DNA from: an uncultured virus (IMG/VR IMGVR_UViG_3300032829_000002)
Taxonomy: Duplodnaviria > Heunggongvirae > Uroviricota > Caudoviricetes
Direction: 5' to 3' (one strand)
IMG/VR virus record: IMGVR_UViG_3300032829_000002
Coordinates: 62,001-120,082 of that record
Length of the DNA stretch: 58,082 bases
This document shows, in pieces, positions 29,384-38,070 of the stretch. A model generated the notes under the pieces. That model made no database searches, had not been told where the DNA came from, and was given only the letters and a program-made list of their open reading frames with translations. Position numbers and translations under genes: made by a program. Within the stretch, counting starts at the first letter, position 1, and every line of letters begins with the position of its first letter.

Positions 29384-29799
29384 AGACTCCTGAAGGCTGG
29401 GCACGGGCGAACCTGCTGTTGTTGACGCTTCGCTCGATGCCCAAGCATGGGTCGATTCAGGAGTCGGTTCTCAGCCTAGTGATCTTGAAGAAAGAAGAGA
29501 TCGAGGCTGCGAAGACCCGAGCGTTGCTGCAAGGCATGCTCAAGCAAGACGCTGGCCCCGAGGCGTGGGCAGACTTCTTCAAGCTCGCTTTCCCCTGGGT
29601 GCAGGTTGCCAAGAAGCGAGACGAAGCCGAAGTCATCAAGAGGCTCCAAGAGGAGATCAAACGAGGGCCTCTTCAGATCACTGCGCAGCACGACAACAAG
29701 TTCCGAAGTCGTCTCAAGACCAAGGTCGTTCAGCGGCAGGCCAACACGGAGTTGGCCAGTCGCCTGTCCTCGAAACTCAAACCGGCTGTTCCACGATGA
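29371..29799 (+). CDS. -1 frameshift extension of the 28175 protein (long chaperone form)
   Basis: -1 frame open across the slippery site (KWLETPEGWARANLLL...); no convincing RBS of its own. Confidence 0.6.
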   Translation, partial: KKWLETPEGWARANLLLLTLRSMPKHGSIQESVLSLVILKKEEIEAAKTRALLQGMLKQDAGPEAWADFFKLAFPWVQVAKKRDEAEVIKRLQEEIKRGPLQITAQHDNKFRSRLKTKVVQRQANTELASRLSSKLKPAVPR

Positions 29800-30197
29800 A
29801 CAAAACTGCACAAGCTGCCTTCTGCCCCGAGTGCGCGAGCCCCCTCGTCGACTTCTCCGAGTTGTCCGACGAGGGCGCGCGTTGCAACGCGTGCGGCTGG
29901 AGCGGTCGCAAGTCCGAGCTCCTTTCTTCTCAGTTCATGCACGAGGAAGGTGGCCCTGGCGAAGTCTACGGTCACTTCGTCTCCGACCTGCGGTTGCTCA
30001 TGTCCAAGACGATCGCCACCCCCTTCGCGCACTTCCTGTTGAAGTGGGGGTTCTTGCCTTCGGAGAACCAGAAGGAGCAGATGACGATTCTGGCGCGCTA
30101 CCTCACCGTGGTAGCCCGCGCCATCGTGCGCGCTGTCCTCGAGGAGCGCGCCAGCATCGAAAAGGAGCGCGCTCGCGATGGAAAGCAATCAGCCTAA
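29796..30197 (+). CDS. Zn-ribbon protein
   Basis: FCPECAS...CNACGW. Confidence 0.65.
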   Translation: MNKTAQAAFCPECASPLVDFSELSDEGARCNACGWSGRKSELLSSQFMHEEGGPGEVYGHFVSDLRLLMSKTIATPFAHFLLKWGFLPSENQKEQMTILARYLTVVARAIVRAVLEERASIEKERARDGKQSA

Positions 30198-30483
30198 GCC
30201 CGTACCTGGAACGGGAATGCTCGAGCAGCGCGAGACGGCGGAGGAGGGATCGGGGCTGTACTGCTTCATGGACCAGCTTCGTCTCTGTGGTCCGGCGTGC
30301 ATGGCCTACTTGAACCCTGCGCCCCAGAACGACCCCGAGCTTCGTGGTCAGCAGTGGGCGCACTGCCACCTGCTCGTGAACGTGCATCGCGGTGGCAAGC
30401 ACCTGGTCATCCTGACCAGCATGGCGCACCGCGCCCTCAATCAGCAGCCGGGAGCCAACATCCCGCCGCCTCAACCGAGGTAG
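30178..30483 (+). CDS. Cys-rich hypothetical protein
   Basis: YCF...CGPACMA...C. Confidence 0.6.
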   Translation: MESNQPKPVPGTGMLEQRETAEEGSGLYCFMDQLRLCGPACMAYLNPAPQNDPELRGQQWAHCHLLVNVHRGGKHLVILTSMAHRALNQQPGANIPPPQPR

Positions 30484-30485
30484 CC

Positions 30486-31025
30486 ATGCAAGTAGAACTT
30501 GTCTCTCTTCAGCAAAAGCTCGACCTGAACAGCGGGGAGATGCAGAACTCCATCTCGCTGCGCTTGCCGAACGGCAAGATGATCGAGCTTCCGATCGACA
30601 ACAACGAGTCGCTGGAGGTCATTCGAGCAACGCGCTGGGAAGCTCCTCGCCAAGAAGAGATGCCGGAGCCTTCCTACGCGGCGCCCGCGCCGGAGCCCGA
30701 AGAAGTCGAAGAGCCCTCGCCGATCGGGTACGTGTCTCCTGCTCCTACATCAGGCATGCCTACCGGCATGCCTCGTCCGAGTTACGGAAACGAAGAAGCG
30801 CGCTCCTTCGCCGGCGACGATGACGCGGAAGCTGCCGCTGTGTTCGGCGGACCCGTCGTCAGTGGAACGCTCGGTCCTCCTCCTCAGCCCCAAGTCTCTT
30901 CTCGCGGTCGTCAGGTGTCGATGAACGAGTTCGGGTACCCCATCGTGCCGCGTGCGGGAATGGACCCTGGAGAGGTGACCGGCAGTGGTTCCGAAGCGGA
31001 CGAAGACGGAGTCTCCTCGATATGA
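30486..31025 (+). CDS. Hypothetical protein with disordered acidic C-terminus
   Basis: GAGGT RBS. Confidence 0.6.
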   Translation: MQVELVSLQQKLDLNSGEMQNSISLRLPNGKMIELPIDNNESLEVIRATRWEAPRQEEMPEPSYAAPAPEPEEVEEPSPIGYVSPAPTSGMPTGMPRPSYGNEEARSFAGDDDAEAAAVFGGPVVSGTLGPPPQPQVSSRGRQVSMNEFGYPIVPRAGMDPGEVTGSGSEADEDGVSSI

Positions 31026-31504
31026 TCGTCGTCGTCTGCTCGAACGCATCTTGCGGCGCCGCCTTCCGAGTCATGGGAGACCCGGTCGAGGTCAACCACC
31101 TCGTCGGAGCTTCTAGCTCGTTCTGGCCCAACAGGTACACGTGCCCGTCCTGTGAAGCGGCGGCCACCGGCGTGCTCGAAAGCGACATCGACGTTCGTAC
31201 GTTGCCGTCGTTGCGAGACTTGGAAGCCCAGGAGCTCTTCCAGGCGCTCAACGGGATGGGTCTTCCAGAGGAGCAGGACTGCACGATCGAGAGCGTGACC
31301 AAGGTCCTGCTCGATCAGCGCATCGTGAAGGTCATCGGGCATTCGATCGAGGGGACTCGTCGGTATTGCCTCGAGCACGTGGAGTTCGATGACGGTCGCC
31401 GTCTCTACTTCGCAGCGGGCAGCCACGGCGCTACCGCCTACCGCCTAACGCTTCCGATCAAGCACACCGAGAAGGTGCTCGAGGAGTTCGATGAGCCTGC
31501 CTGA
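31022..31504 (+). CDS. Zn-ribbon protein
   Basis: CSNASC...CPSC. Confidence 0.6.
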   Translation: MIVVVCSNASCGAAFRVMGDPVEVNHLVGASSSFWPNRYTCPSCEAAATGVLESDIDVRTLPSLRDLEAQELFQALNGMGLPEEQDCTIESVTKVLLDQRIVKVIGHSIEGTRRYCLEHVEFDDGRRLYFAAGSHGATAYRLTLPIKHTEKVLEEFDEPA

Positions 31505-32177
31505 GATGGTCATCCGTTACCGCCACGACGAGGGCGACACCTGCACGGGGGAGATCTTGCTTCGCTGGGAGGACGGGTCCTTTCCTGCACAGCAACTTCA
31601 TGCGATCGATCGCATCGGGTTCAACCGCATGATGGGAACGGTCAGCGAGGAGTTGAACAAGCACAAGGTCAGCAAGTTGATCATGGAGCGAACCGATCGC
31701 GGCGGTTTGAAGCCGTTCGTCTTCGACAATCCGACCGTCGAGCTTCTTCGCTCAGACCCGGTATCGGTCATCCGCTTGATGAACATCCCCCCGATCCACA
31801 TCGATCTGCGCAAGGAGAAGCCGGCGCCGCTTACGCCCATCTTCGTGGCGGGGCACGACGCGCTTGCGAACGGATTCGGAGACGAGGTCTACGCTCGAGT
31901 GCGCGGAACGGGTGGCACAGCGGAGCTCGAGTGCCCGTGCTGCGGTTTGTGGAGCACCGTCGACACCGAGTTTGTCTTCAACTGCAAGAAGAAGTGCAAG
32001 TTGACGATGCCCGTTCGCTTCACGGAGAAGTGGGCCGTCGTCAAAGTCGAGGACCTCCTCGGGCTCAAGCTCGATCGCTACTACCTGCCGCGCGAATGGA
32101 ACAAGTCGCATGGTTGGATCACCCGCGCCGACCTCGAGGCGCTGTTCGAACAATGGAAGAAGGAGAAGATGTCATGA
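31491..32177 (+). CDS. Zn-finger-containing hypothetical protein
   Basis: GAGGAG RBS; CPCC...CKKKC. Confidence 0.6.
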   Translation: MSLPEMVIRYRHDEGDTCTGEILLRWEDGSFPAQQLHAIDRIGFNRMMGTVSEELNKHKVSKLIMERTDRGGLKPFVFDNPTVELLRSDPVSVIRLMNIPPIHIDLRKEKPAPLTPIFVAGHDALANGFGDEVYARVRGTGGTAELECPCCGLWSTVDTEFVFNCKKKCKLTMPVRFTEKWAVVKVEDLLGLKLDRYYLPREWNKSHGWITRADLEALFEQWKKEKMS

Positions 32178-32536
32178 TGCAAGGTCCCAACCACCCTCGA
32201 ATGCGCGGTGTCGGTCAGGCCCCCACGCCGGCTGATGGACGCGGCTCTCCGCGCACGGTGGCGAACGTCGTTCCGATGGAGCAGTACGCCGTGCAGTACT
32301 TCGACGAGAACGGCACGCCGCGTGTCAACGTTCTGGTCAAAGTCGGCGACCAGTTCTACTTCCCGCCGAACGGCATCGATTGGGCGGCCTCGCTCAAGCC
32401 CGCGGCGGAGTGGGTGAAGAAGGGCGTGCTCGCGAAGATCGGCAACGGGCAGTCGGTCGACCCGCTTCCGAAGAGCGATGCGGTCGACGTGATGGCGGGA
32501 GAGGAAGACGATGCCGACGATTCGTCCGCTCAATGA
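32174..32536 (+). CDS. Hypothetical protein
   Basis: AAGGAG RBS; ATGA coupling. Confidence 0.6.
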   Translation: MMQGPNHPRMRGVGQAPTPADGRGSPRTVANVVPMEQYAVQYFDENGTPRVNVLVKVGDQFYFPPNGIDWAASLKPAAEWVKKGVLAKIGNGQSVDPLPKSDAVDVMAGEEDDADDSSAQ

Positions 32537-32846
32537 CTGGGTGCTCGTTCGGTGCGAGCCGATTCCCGAGATGATAGGGAGCATCATCGTGCCGAACGGG
32601 ACGCGCGTGCGTGCCGGTGAGGTCCTCGCTGTTGGGCCTGGTCGAGTCTACCGCGACAAGAACGTGCGCACTCCTCCCGACGTTCAGGTCGGAGAGCGCG
32701 TGGCGTTCTTCCGCGAGACGCTCGAGACGCAGCAGGGCAAGACCGTCGCTGGGATTCTCCAAGATCTCGGAGACGACCTCGGGCTCATTCGCGCCACCGA
32801 CGTTCTCTTCGTCATCCCTCCGGGGATGGAGGTCGATGTTCGATGA
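32511..32846 (+). CDS. groES: Co-chaperonin GroES (Cpn10)-like protein
   Basis: IRPLNDWVLV...GSIIVP...GEVLAVGPG...DVQVGERV...DVL.V. Confidence 0.85.
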   Translation: MPTIRPLNDWVLVRCEPIPEMIGSIIVPNGTRVRAGEVLAVGPGRVYRDKNVRTPPDVQVGERVAFFRETLETQQGKTVAGILQDLGDDLGLIRATDVLFVIPPGMEVDVR

Positions 32847-33100
32847 GGCTCGTCGTTTCCCCCGAGACGGGGGTGGTGGAGCTGAACTACACGTGGTTGC
32901 CGACGTGGATCGGTATCAACACCCCGCTCAAGAACGAGCTCGAGAAGGCGCTTGCGGACAAGCTCGTCGGCAAACCACTTACCGAAGAAGTCCTCGATGA
33001 GGCACACGACCTGGTCGTGGACTTCTTTGCTCAGCGCTTCCCTTCCATGAAAGGGTTGCGTGACTACCTCGACTCTCTCAAGTTCGTGACAATCGAATGA
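32843..33100 (+). CDS. Hypothetical protein
   Basis: ATGA coupling. Confidence 0.6.
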   Translation: MRLVVSPETGVVELNYTWLPTWIGINTPLKNELEKALADKLVGKPLTEEVLDEAHDLVVDFFAQRFPSMKGLRDYLDSLKFVTIE

Positions 33101-33267
33101 AGAACGGCCGCATCCATATGCGTATCGACCAGAAGCTGCTCGAGCGAGCCAAGAAGCTCGTTCGCCGACGCGGCATCACGCTCACGCAGTTCGTGGAGGC
33201 GGCCTTTCGTTCTGCGCTCGAGCAGGAAGAGTCGGAGAAGAAACCGTTCGAAGCGGAGCAGATCTGA
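33097..33267 (+). CDS. Ribbon-helix-helix DNA-binding protein (56 aa, absent from the ORF track)
   Basis: MKNGRIHMRIDQKLLERAKKLVRRRGITLTQFVEAAF; coupled to both neighbours. Confidence 0.75.
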   Translation: MKNGRIHMRIDQKLLERAKKLVRRRGITLTQFVEAAFRSALEQEESEKKPFEAEQI

Positions 33268-33815
33268 TGAGCGAGTTCCAAGAGCAGTCCGACACGATCG
33301 AGGTCCCGCGGGGTACCGGCATCGACGGTTTCGTCGCGGTCATCCGCGGTCTTCTGAAGTTGCCGCGTGTGCAGTACATCAACATCGATGGCAACGGGCG
33401 TGTTCGCTATGCTCGCGTGGTTCGAAAAGGGGAGGCGGTTCGCCCGGCGGATCTCGACTTCAGCAGCCTCTACCCCTCGACGATCATTCGCAACGCTCAG
33501 CTCAAGGAGCTCCCCGAAGAGCGGGTTGCTGCGTTCGCGATCGCCAAGATGTTTCAGGCAGCGTCGTACGAGAAGCTGTACCCCATCTCCTTCGTCACCA
33601 ATCCGAAGACCACGCTTTGGCAGTGGCACGACGACACGACGGGAATCAACATCGCGCATTCGGAGGACAGCCTCTACGGCGTTCCACTCTTGTTCGACGA
33701 GAACATTCCGGCGTACGTTCTGGTGCTCTGCACGGGGTACATGCCAGGCAGCCCGATGTCCGAGACCCGCAAGAGCTTCAAGATCACCATGCCGCAGTAC
33801 GGCCAGGGAGGCTGA
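33267..33815 (+). CDS. Hypothetical protein with capsid A-domain-like motifs
   Basis: FVTNPKT...LYGVPLLFDENIP. Confidence 0.6.
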   Translation: MSEFQEQSDTIEVPRGTGIDGFVAVIRGLLKLPRVQYINIDGNGRVRYARVVRKGEAVRPADLDFSSLYPSTIIRNAQLKELPEERVAAFAIAKMFQAASYEKLYPISFVTNPKTTLWQWHDDTTGINIAHSEDSLYGVPLLFDENIPAYVLVLCTGYMPGSPMSETRKSFKITMPQYGQGG

Positions 33816-33816
33816 C

Positions 33817-34338
33817 ATGCACGAGCTCACCCGTGTCATCATTCGCTCGGGGTTGGTCGCGCCCGAGTTCTTGGCGCAGTTCCGCAAGTGGGGGTTGATC
33901 ACTCCCGACGAGCCCCCGGTGCCGATCTCCGACAAGACGCAGCTCATTGCCGCGCTCGATCGTGCTCTTCAAGAGGAAGAGCTGGTGATCGTTCGTGAGA
34001 CCGACCTCGATGCGCTGAATCGCTATCTGGCGCACATGCACCCGAGCAAGCTGCACGTCGTCATGCCCGACGGTACGACAGGAGACTTCGACGTTACCTA
34101 CGGCAAGCTCGAGACGGGTGAGTACATCTTCCCGTGGCACTTCGAGAGCGTCGAGGACGTGCTCGCGAACGGCGAGACGTACCTGCTCGAGGACTCGACG
34201 AGCAACGTGAAGATCTACTTCTCGTCCGTCCGTGAGCTCTTCTTCGGCGACCACAAGGCATTCGTCGTCTGCACTCCTTCTCCTCAAGAGGTTTCCCATG
34301 GACAGCACGAACCCGCTGCTGACGCTCCTGCGCAGTAA
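33817..34338 (+). CDS. Hypothetical protein
   Basis: GGAGG RBS. Confidence 0.6.
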   Translation: MHELTRVIIRSGLVAPEFLAQFRKWGLITPDEPPVPISDKTQLIAALDRALQEEELVIVRETDLDALNRYLAHMHPSKLHVVMPDGTTGDFDVTYGKLETGEYIFPWHFESVEDVLANGETYLLEDSTSNVKIYFSSVRELFFGDHKAFVVCTPSPQEVSHGQHEPAADAPAQ

Positions 34339-34750
34339 GTTCGGCTACGAAGCGCGCGACGTCACGTCGGGCAAGAAGCAGCTTCGTGTACTCGGTCGAC
34401 TTCCCAACGAACGCATGGGCGATTGGCTGATCGGCATGCACTTCGCGCACCAAGCGCTGCAACGGCAGCCGGGATGGTCGGTCGACTTCAGCAAGTTCTA
34501 CTTCCCGCGCAACGGGAAGATCGTCTATGCCTGGAGGCTCATCTTCCAGAGTGTGGACGATCAGCCGATCTCCGCTCATCTTCAAGACATCATGAACTCG
34601 TTCTCTTCTGCTCCGCAGAGCTCCCGTGGGGAAGTCATGGAGATTCCCCTGATGGGGGCTGGGCGCAGTCGAAGCGCTGCCGGTGGAAGAGGGGCGTACA
34701 CCATCGGTGGTGCGAATCCGTTCATCCCCGGTCCCTCGAGGCGCGTGTAG
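34298..34750 (+). CDS. Hypothetical protein
   Basis: GAGGT RBS. Confidence 0.6.
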   Translation: MDSTNPLLTLLRSKFGYEARDVTSGKKQLRVLGRLPNERMGDWLIGMHFAHQALQRQPGWSVDFSKFYFPRNGKIVYAWRLIFQSVDDQPISAHLQDIMNSFSSAPQSSRGEVMEIPLMGAGRSRSAAGGRGAYTIGGANPFIPGPSRRV

Positions 34751-34759
34751 GAAGGCACC

Positions 34760-35410
34760 ATGTCAACGTCCGAGACGAAGTGGGTCGAGCCGCAGATCGC
34801 TCCTACGGAGTTCACCAAGGAGGAGCAGGAAGCGATCGAGCTCAAGAAGAAGGCGCTCGATGAGCTTCTGAAGCACCGGAAGCACGCCAAGTACAAGATC
34901 GAGCTCTTCTTCGGCAAGGCGCGTTCGCTCACCAAGCCGACTCCGGGCATCATCTCCTTCTGGGAGAGCGGTTCGAAGCTGCACGGCGGCGGCGACGCGA
35001 AGATCTACATCTGCCCTGGCAAGCAGCTCGGCATCAACAACTGCTCCGCGATCATTCCCGAAGCGGCGAACATCAACGCGCTGCACTTCTGCTCGGCGTG
35101 CAAGCGCTCATGGAAGGGCAAGGAGGTGATCGGAGAAGTCGTCGCCAACTTGACCATGCGTGGGTGGGCAGAAGCATTGCTGTACTACTACACGCACTTG
35201 GACCACAATGCGGACATCTACCTGAAGCACGCCTACGAAGACATCCGCACCGTCGCGATGCTCGAGCAGGCGAAGCAGAAAGGTGGAGAGTACCTCAACC
35301 GCGTTCGTCGCAAGCGTGCCCTTCACATCTATCCGCTCAACCGCATCATCACGGACACATCGGCAGGGGCCGACTTGCTCAGGCGCTTCTACGCGTTCTT
35401 GACCGCATGA
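34760..35410 (+). CDS. Zn-binding hypothetical protein
   Basis: YICP...C...FCSAC. Confidence 0.65.
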   Translation: MSTSETKWVEPQIAPTEFTKEEQEAIELKKKALDELLKHRKHAKYKIELFFGKARSLTKPTPGIISFWESGSKLHGGGDAKIYICPGKQLGINNCSAIIPEAANINALHFCSACKRSWKGKEVIGEVVANLTMRGWAEALLYYYTHLDHNADIYLKHAYEDIRTVAMLEQAKQKGGEYLNRVRRKRALHIYPLNRIITDTSAGADLLRRFYAFLTA

Positions 35411-35772
35411 GACACGACAAGTACGTCCGCATTCTGCACCGCCGCGCGGGCCTCCGCGAGCTTCAACGACTTCTGTCCGAGAGGTACCTCGTGGTCGATG
35501 GGCGCGCGAAGCAGCAGATCCTCTGCGAGGAGGCGCCTTACCAAGATCGGTTCCTCTCGCAGGACGCTCTCTCCGAAATCATGGGGATGCTATCCGCCCT
35601 CGAGGCCGAAGAAGACAAGCGACTGCTGCGCTTCGAGCTTCGAGAGAGGGACGAAGCTCAACTTCCAGACAGTCTGAAGGAGAAAGAAGATGGCAGAGAA
35701 GAGACGACGGCACGGCCGTCCCGGCGCGGACGGCGTGGTGGGTCCGACCCCTCACCTGCGCCTGCGTCTTAG
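35407..35772 (+). CDS. Hypothetical protein
   Basis: ATGA coupling. Confidence 0.5.
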   Translation: MRHDKYVRILHRRAGLRELQRLLSERYLVVDGRAKQQILCEEAPYQDRFLSQDALSEIMGMLSALEAEEDKRLLRFELRERDEAQLPDSLKEKEDGREETTARPSRRGRRGGSDPSPAPAS

Positions 35773-36091
35773 CCAGTTCGAGCAGCGCCTCGAGGCGTTG
35801 CAAGACGTCGTCGGCAACAACACCGACGTCTTCGCGGCTGGATTCGACGCGGCCGACCGCCGTATCTACACCCTGATGCGCGTCGTCAGCGACGTGGCAA
35901 CGGGGCGATCGCTTTACTTGGTCTCCGACGGAGTCGACGAACGAATCGACTACATGCAGTACTTCGCGGAGTACGAGGCCATTCAGGCCCTCATCGTGCT
36001 GGCGAAAGTGCACGGTCCGGCTGTTCAAGTCGAGGAGTCCGAGGCAGACTACGAAGAGTCAGCGGTCATCTTCGGAGGAGCCTCAACATGA
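35690..36091 (+). CDS. Hypothetical protein
   Basis: AAGGAG RBS. Confidence 0.6.
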   Translation: MAEKRRRHGRPGADGVVGPTPHLRLRLSQFEQRLEALQDVVGNNTDVFAAGFDAADRRIYTLMRVVSDVATGRSLYLVSDGVDERIDYMQYFAEYEAIQALIVLAKVHGPAVQVEESEADYEESAVIFGGAST

Positions 36092-36297
36092 AGCCTATTC
36101 AGCGAACCGACAGCCTCGATCACGTCAAGGTGTTGCCCAACGGAACGAAGGTCGTCTACGAGAGTGCGGCGGGAGGCATGCGGAAGATCTGCTGCCCGAA
36201 GTGCGGTGCTGCGAACGCGGTTCCGTCGGCGACAGCGAAGGGCCAGCAGGTGCTCCGCTGCAACTGCGGCGCGCAGTTCACGTCGACTCGGATGTGA
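36088..36297 (+). CDS. Zn-ribbon protein
   Basis: CPKCG...CNCG; GGAGG RBS. Confidence 0.65.
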   Translation: MKPIQRTDSLDHVKVLPNGTKVVYESAAGGMRKICCPKCGAANAVPSATAKGQQVLRCNCGAQFTSTRM

Positions 36298-36685
36298 GCG
36301 GTCGAAGCATCAGGAGTCCATCCGTCTGCGGCAGCATACCGATCACTCGGAACCCGAGCTTGTCGTACAGACCGCGAGCTCGGGTGTTATCCCTTCGGAC
36401 CGTGAGCATGACGGGTATGTACGCGTGCTTCAGCACCTCTTCCAGCATGCTCTGTCCGACGCCTCGTCCTTGAAAGTCCGGGTGCACCCCCACGCGAAGT
36501 AGATCGATGATCTCCGGACCGAATCGTACGAGGCAGTACCCGATGGCAGGTCTTCTCCAGATGAACGCCCTGCTGGTGCCGAGCTCCTCGTAGAGTGAGT
36601 GCTCGTTGAGGCAGTTGTCTGGGAACAACAACGTCTCGAGCTCGGCGAGCCGCTCGATGTCTTTCTTGTTGGCGTAGTGGAGCAT
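36278..36685 (-). CDS. GNAT (RimI-like) acetyltransferase
   Basis: RVGVHPDFQGRGVG motif A; LTVRRDNTRARGLYDKLGF motif B. Confidence 0.85.
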   Translation of the reverse strand: MLHYANKKDIERLAELETLLFPDNCLNEHSLYEELGTSRAFIWRRPAIGYCLVRFGPEIIDLLRVGVHPDFQGRGVGQSMLEEVLKHAYIPVMLTVRRDNTRARGLYDKLGFRVIGMLPQTDGLLMLRPLTSEST

Positions 36686-36694
36686 GGAGGCGTG

Positions 36695-36910
36695 ATGATT
36701 TCCGTTCAAGCAGACAACCTGCACGATGGCAAGGCACTCGAGAAAGAAGTCGATGCAGATCTCGATGCCTTCAACGCATGGTTTCAGGAGCACCTGAAGG
36801 ATGGCCCTCTCGACAACCTCGAGCGAGCGGCGATCAAGACCTACCTTTGGTGGAAGACCCATGACGGGGCTAAAAAAGAGGCACCCGAAGGTGCCTCTTC
36901 TCCCGCCTAG
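36695..36910 (+). CDS. Hypothetical protein
   Basis: GGAGG upstream; ERAAIKTYLWWK. Confidence 0.55.
   Translation: MISVQADNLHDGKALEKEVDADLDAFNAWFQEHLKDGPLDNLERAAIKTYLWWKTHDGAKKEAPEGASSPA
36869..36899 (-). terminator. Intrinsic terminator ending TTTTTTAGC
   Basis: GAGGCACC-UUCG-GGUGCCUC (cUUCGg tetraloop) plus U tract. Confidence 0.85.
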
Positions 36911-37227
36911 TTGACGGGCTGGTCCGCGCCGCCGGCGGCGTGCATCGCGACCGAGATGAACGTCATCGTCGTCTCGATCGAGTTGCGCAGGGCCATCAGC
37001 AACTTGAGGTGATCTGCGTACTTCTCCTTGTCGACGCCGTTAGTCAGTCCTGCCTTGCAGATGTCGACGCCGTTATCGATGACGTCCAGCGTCCAAGAGA
37101 AGTGCAGCATCGCCTGCTCGTAGCGCTGCTGGTGCAAGAAGGAAGACGCTGCGTGGTTGTACTTCGCGACCTTGAGCAGGTTCCTTGTGAGCTTCTCTTT
37201 GCAGACCTTGTCGATTTGAGTGTCCAT
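36907..37227 (-). CDS. Helical hypothetical protein (cassette gene)
   Basis: AAGGAGGCACTACC-ATG with own motif and terminator. Confidence 0.7.
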   Translation of the reverse strand: MDTQIDKVCKEKLTRNLLKVAKYNHAASSFLHQQRYEQAMLHFSWTLDVIDNGVDICKAGLTNGVDKEKYADHLKLLMALRNSIETTMTFISVAMHAAGGADQPVN

Positions 37228-37246
37228 GGTAGTGCCTCCTTGTTCT

Positions 37247-37255
37247 TCTTATTCC
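37247..37255 (-). promoter_or_regulatory. GGNATAAGA motif
   Basis: GGAATAAGA. Confidence 0.65.
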
Positions 37256-37310
37256 TCTTTTCAGGGTCCGATTGAAGGGGTACAAGAAGGAAAGCTACCG
37301 GGAGAAGAAG

Positions 37311-37604
37311 ATGGCACGAAAGTCCGTTGTTGCAATCGAGTGTGGCCGCTGCAATCGCACGGAGTACGTCGAGGAGGCTCCTGAGAGCGACTACCCCGCG
37401 CTCACGATCACTGTACGGGGGCACTCCGTCGCGTCCTACGACGACCTCTGCGCGAACTGCGAGGAGATCGTAACGACCGCGGTGACCAACTTGACGAAGC
37501 CGATGGAGAAGCGCTCCCCCATTCGCAAGAAGAAGGAGGCGGCTTCTGCACCCGCACAGGAGACACCGAACGGCGTTCAGCATATGCGCGTGCCACGGGG
37601 CTAA
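37311..37604 (+). CDS. Zn-binding small protein (Lsr2 N-terminus-like layout)
   Basis: MARKSVVAIECGRC...YDDLCANC; basic tail. Confidence 0.65.
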   Translation: MARKSVVAIECGRCNRTEYVEEAPESDYPALTITVRGHSVASYDDLCANCEEIVTTAVTNLTKPMEKRSPIRKKKEAASAPAQETPNGVQHMRVPRG

Positions 37605-37648
37605 AAAACGAGAGACAGCCGAGTGGGGGGAAGCCCGGCTGTCTCTCG
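37600..37648 (-). terminator. Intrinsic terminator ending TTTTTTAGC
   Basis: CGAGAGACAGCCG/CGGCTGTCTCTCG 13-bp stem plus U6. Confidence 0.85.
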
Positions 37649-37674
37649 CCGTCACCCGTCAAAGACGGGCAACG

Positions 37675-37866
37675 CTACACGACGGAAGGAGGGGCCGTCG
37701 CGGTGATCTTCTTGAGTTGGCGCTTGTACGCCTCCACGGCTTGCTTCAACCCGCGGTTTTCCTCTTCGAGTTTGTCGATGCGATCGTACAAGTGCGTGAA
37801 GCACTCGCTCAGCACGTGGAGTTGGTCGTCAGCTAGGTCCCCGCCGCAGTGTTCGCATTGTCCCAT
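37675..37866 (-). CDS. Small Zn-finger/coiled-coil protein (cassette gene)
   Basis: CEHC...H...C then coiled coil; AAGGAGG RBS. Confidence 0.7.
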   Translation of the reverse strand: MGQCEHCGGDLADDQLHVLSECFTHLYDRIDKLEEENRGLKQAVEAYKRQLKKITATAPPSVV

Positions 37867-37887
37867 GGTTTGATGCCTCCTTACTGT

Positions 37888-37896
37888 TCTTATCCC
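37888..37896 (-). promoter_or_regulatory. GGNATAAGA motif
   Basis: GGGATAAGA. Confidence 0.65.
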
Positions 37897-37930
37897 CTAC
37901 TACGTAGCGTTCTTGCGTAGCAGGGGTAGA

Positions 37931-37971
37931 GAAAAGAACCCCGGCTTGGACTTCCGGCCAGGGTTCTTTTC
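37931..37971. terminator. Bidirectional intrinsic terminator
   Basis: GAAAAGAACCC...GGGTTCTTTTC inverted repeat. Confidence 0.75.
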
Positions 37972-38070
37972 AGAGGCGTCCCTACTCCTACGTGGTAAGG
38001 AGGCAGTCCATGCAGAGGGCAAGCCCTCGGTTGGTCCACCACACGTAAGAGCAGTCTCTTCCTCCACGAT
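37931..38070 (-). ncRNA. Putative structured small RNA (~140 nt)
   Basis: Between an ATAAGA motif and a terminator; long stem 38039-38054/37982-37995; gCUUGc tetraloop hairpin; no convincing ORF. Confidence 0.5.

Noticed and set aside
38010..38048. Plus-strand 12-codon ORF (MQRASPRLVHHT) behind AAGGAGG
   Set aside because: Promoter motif, G-U pairs and CUUG tetraloop all favour a minus-strand RNA; kept only as an alternative explanation
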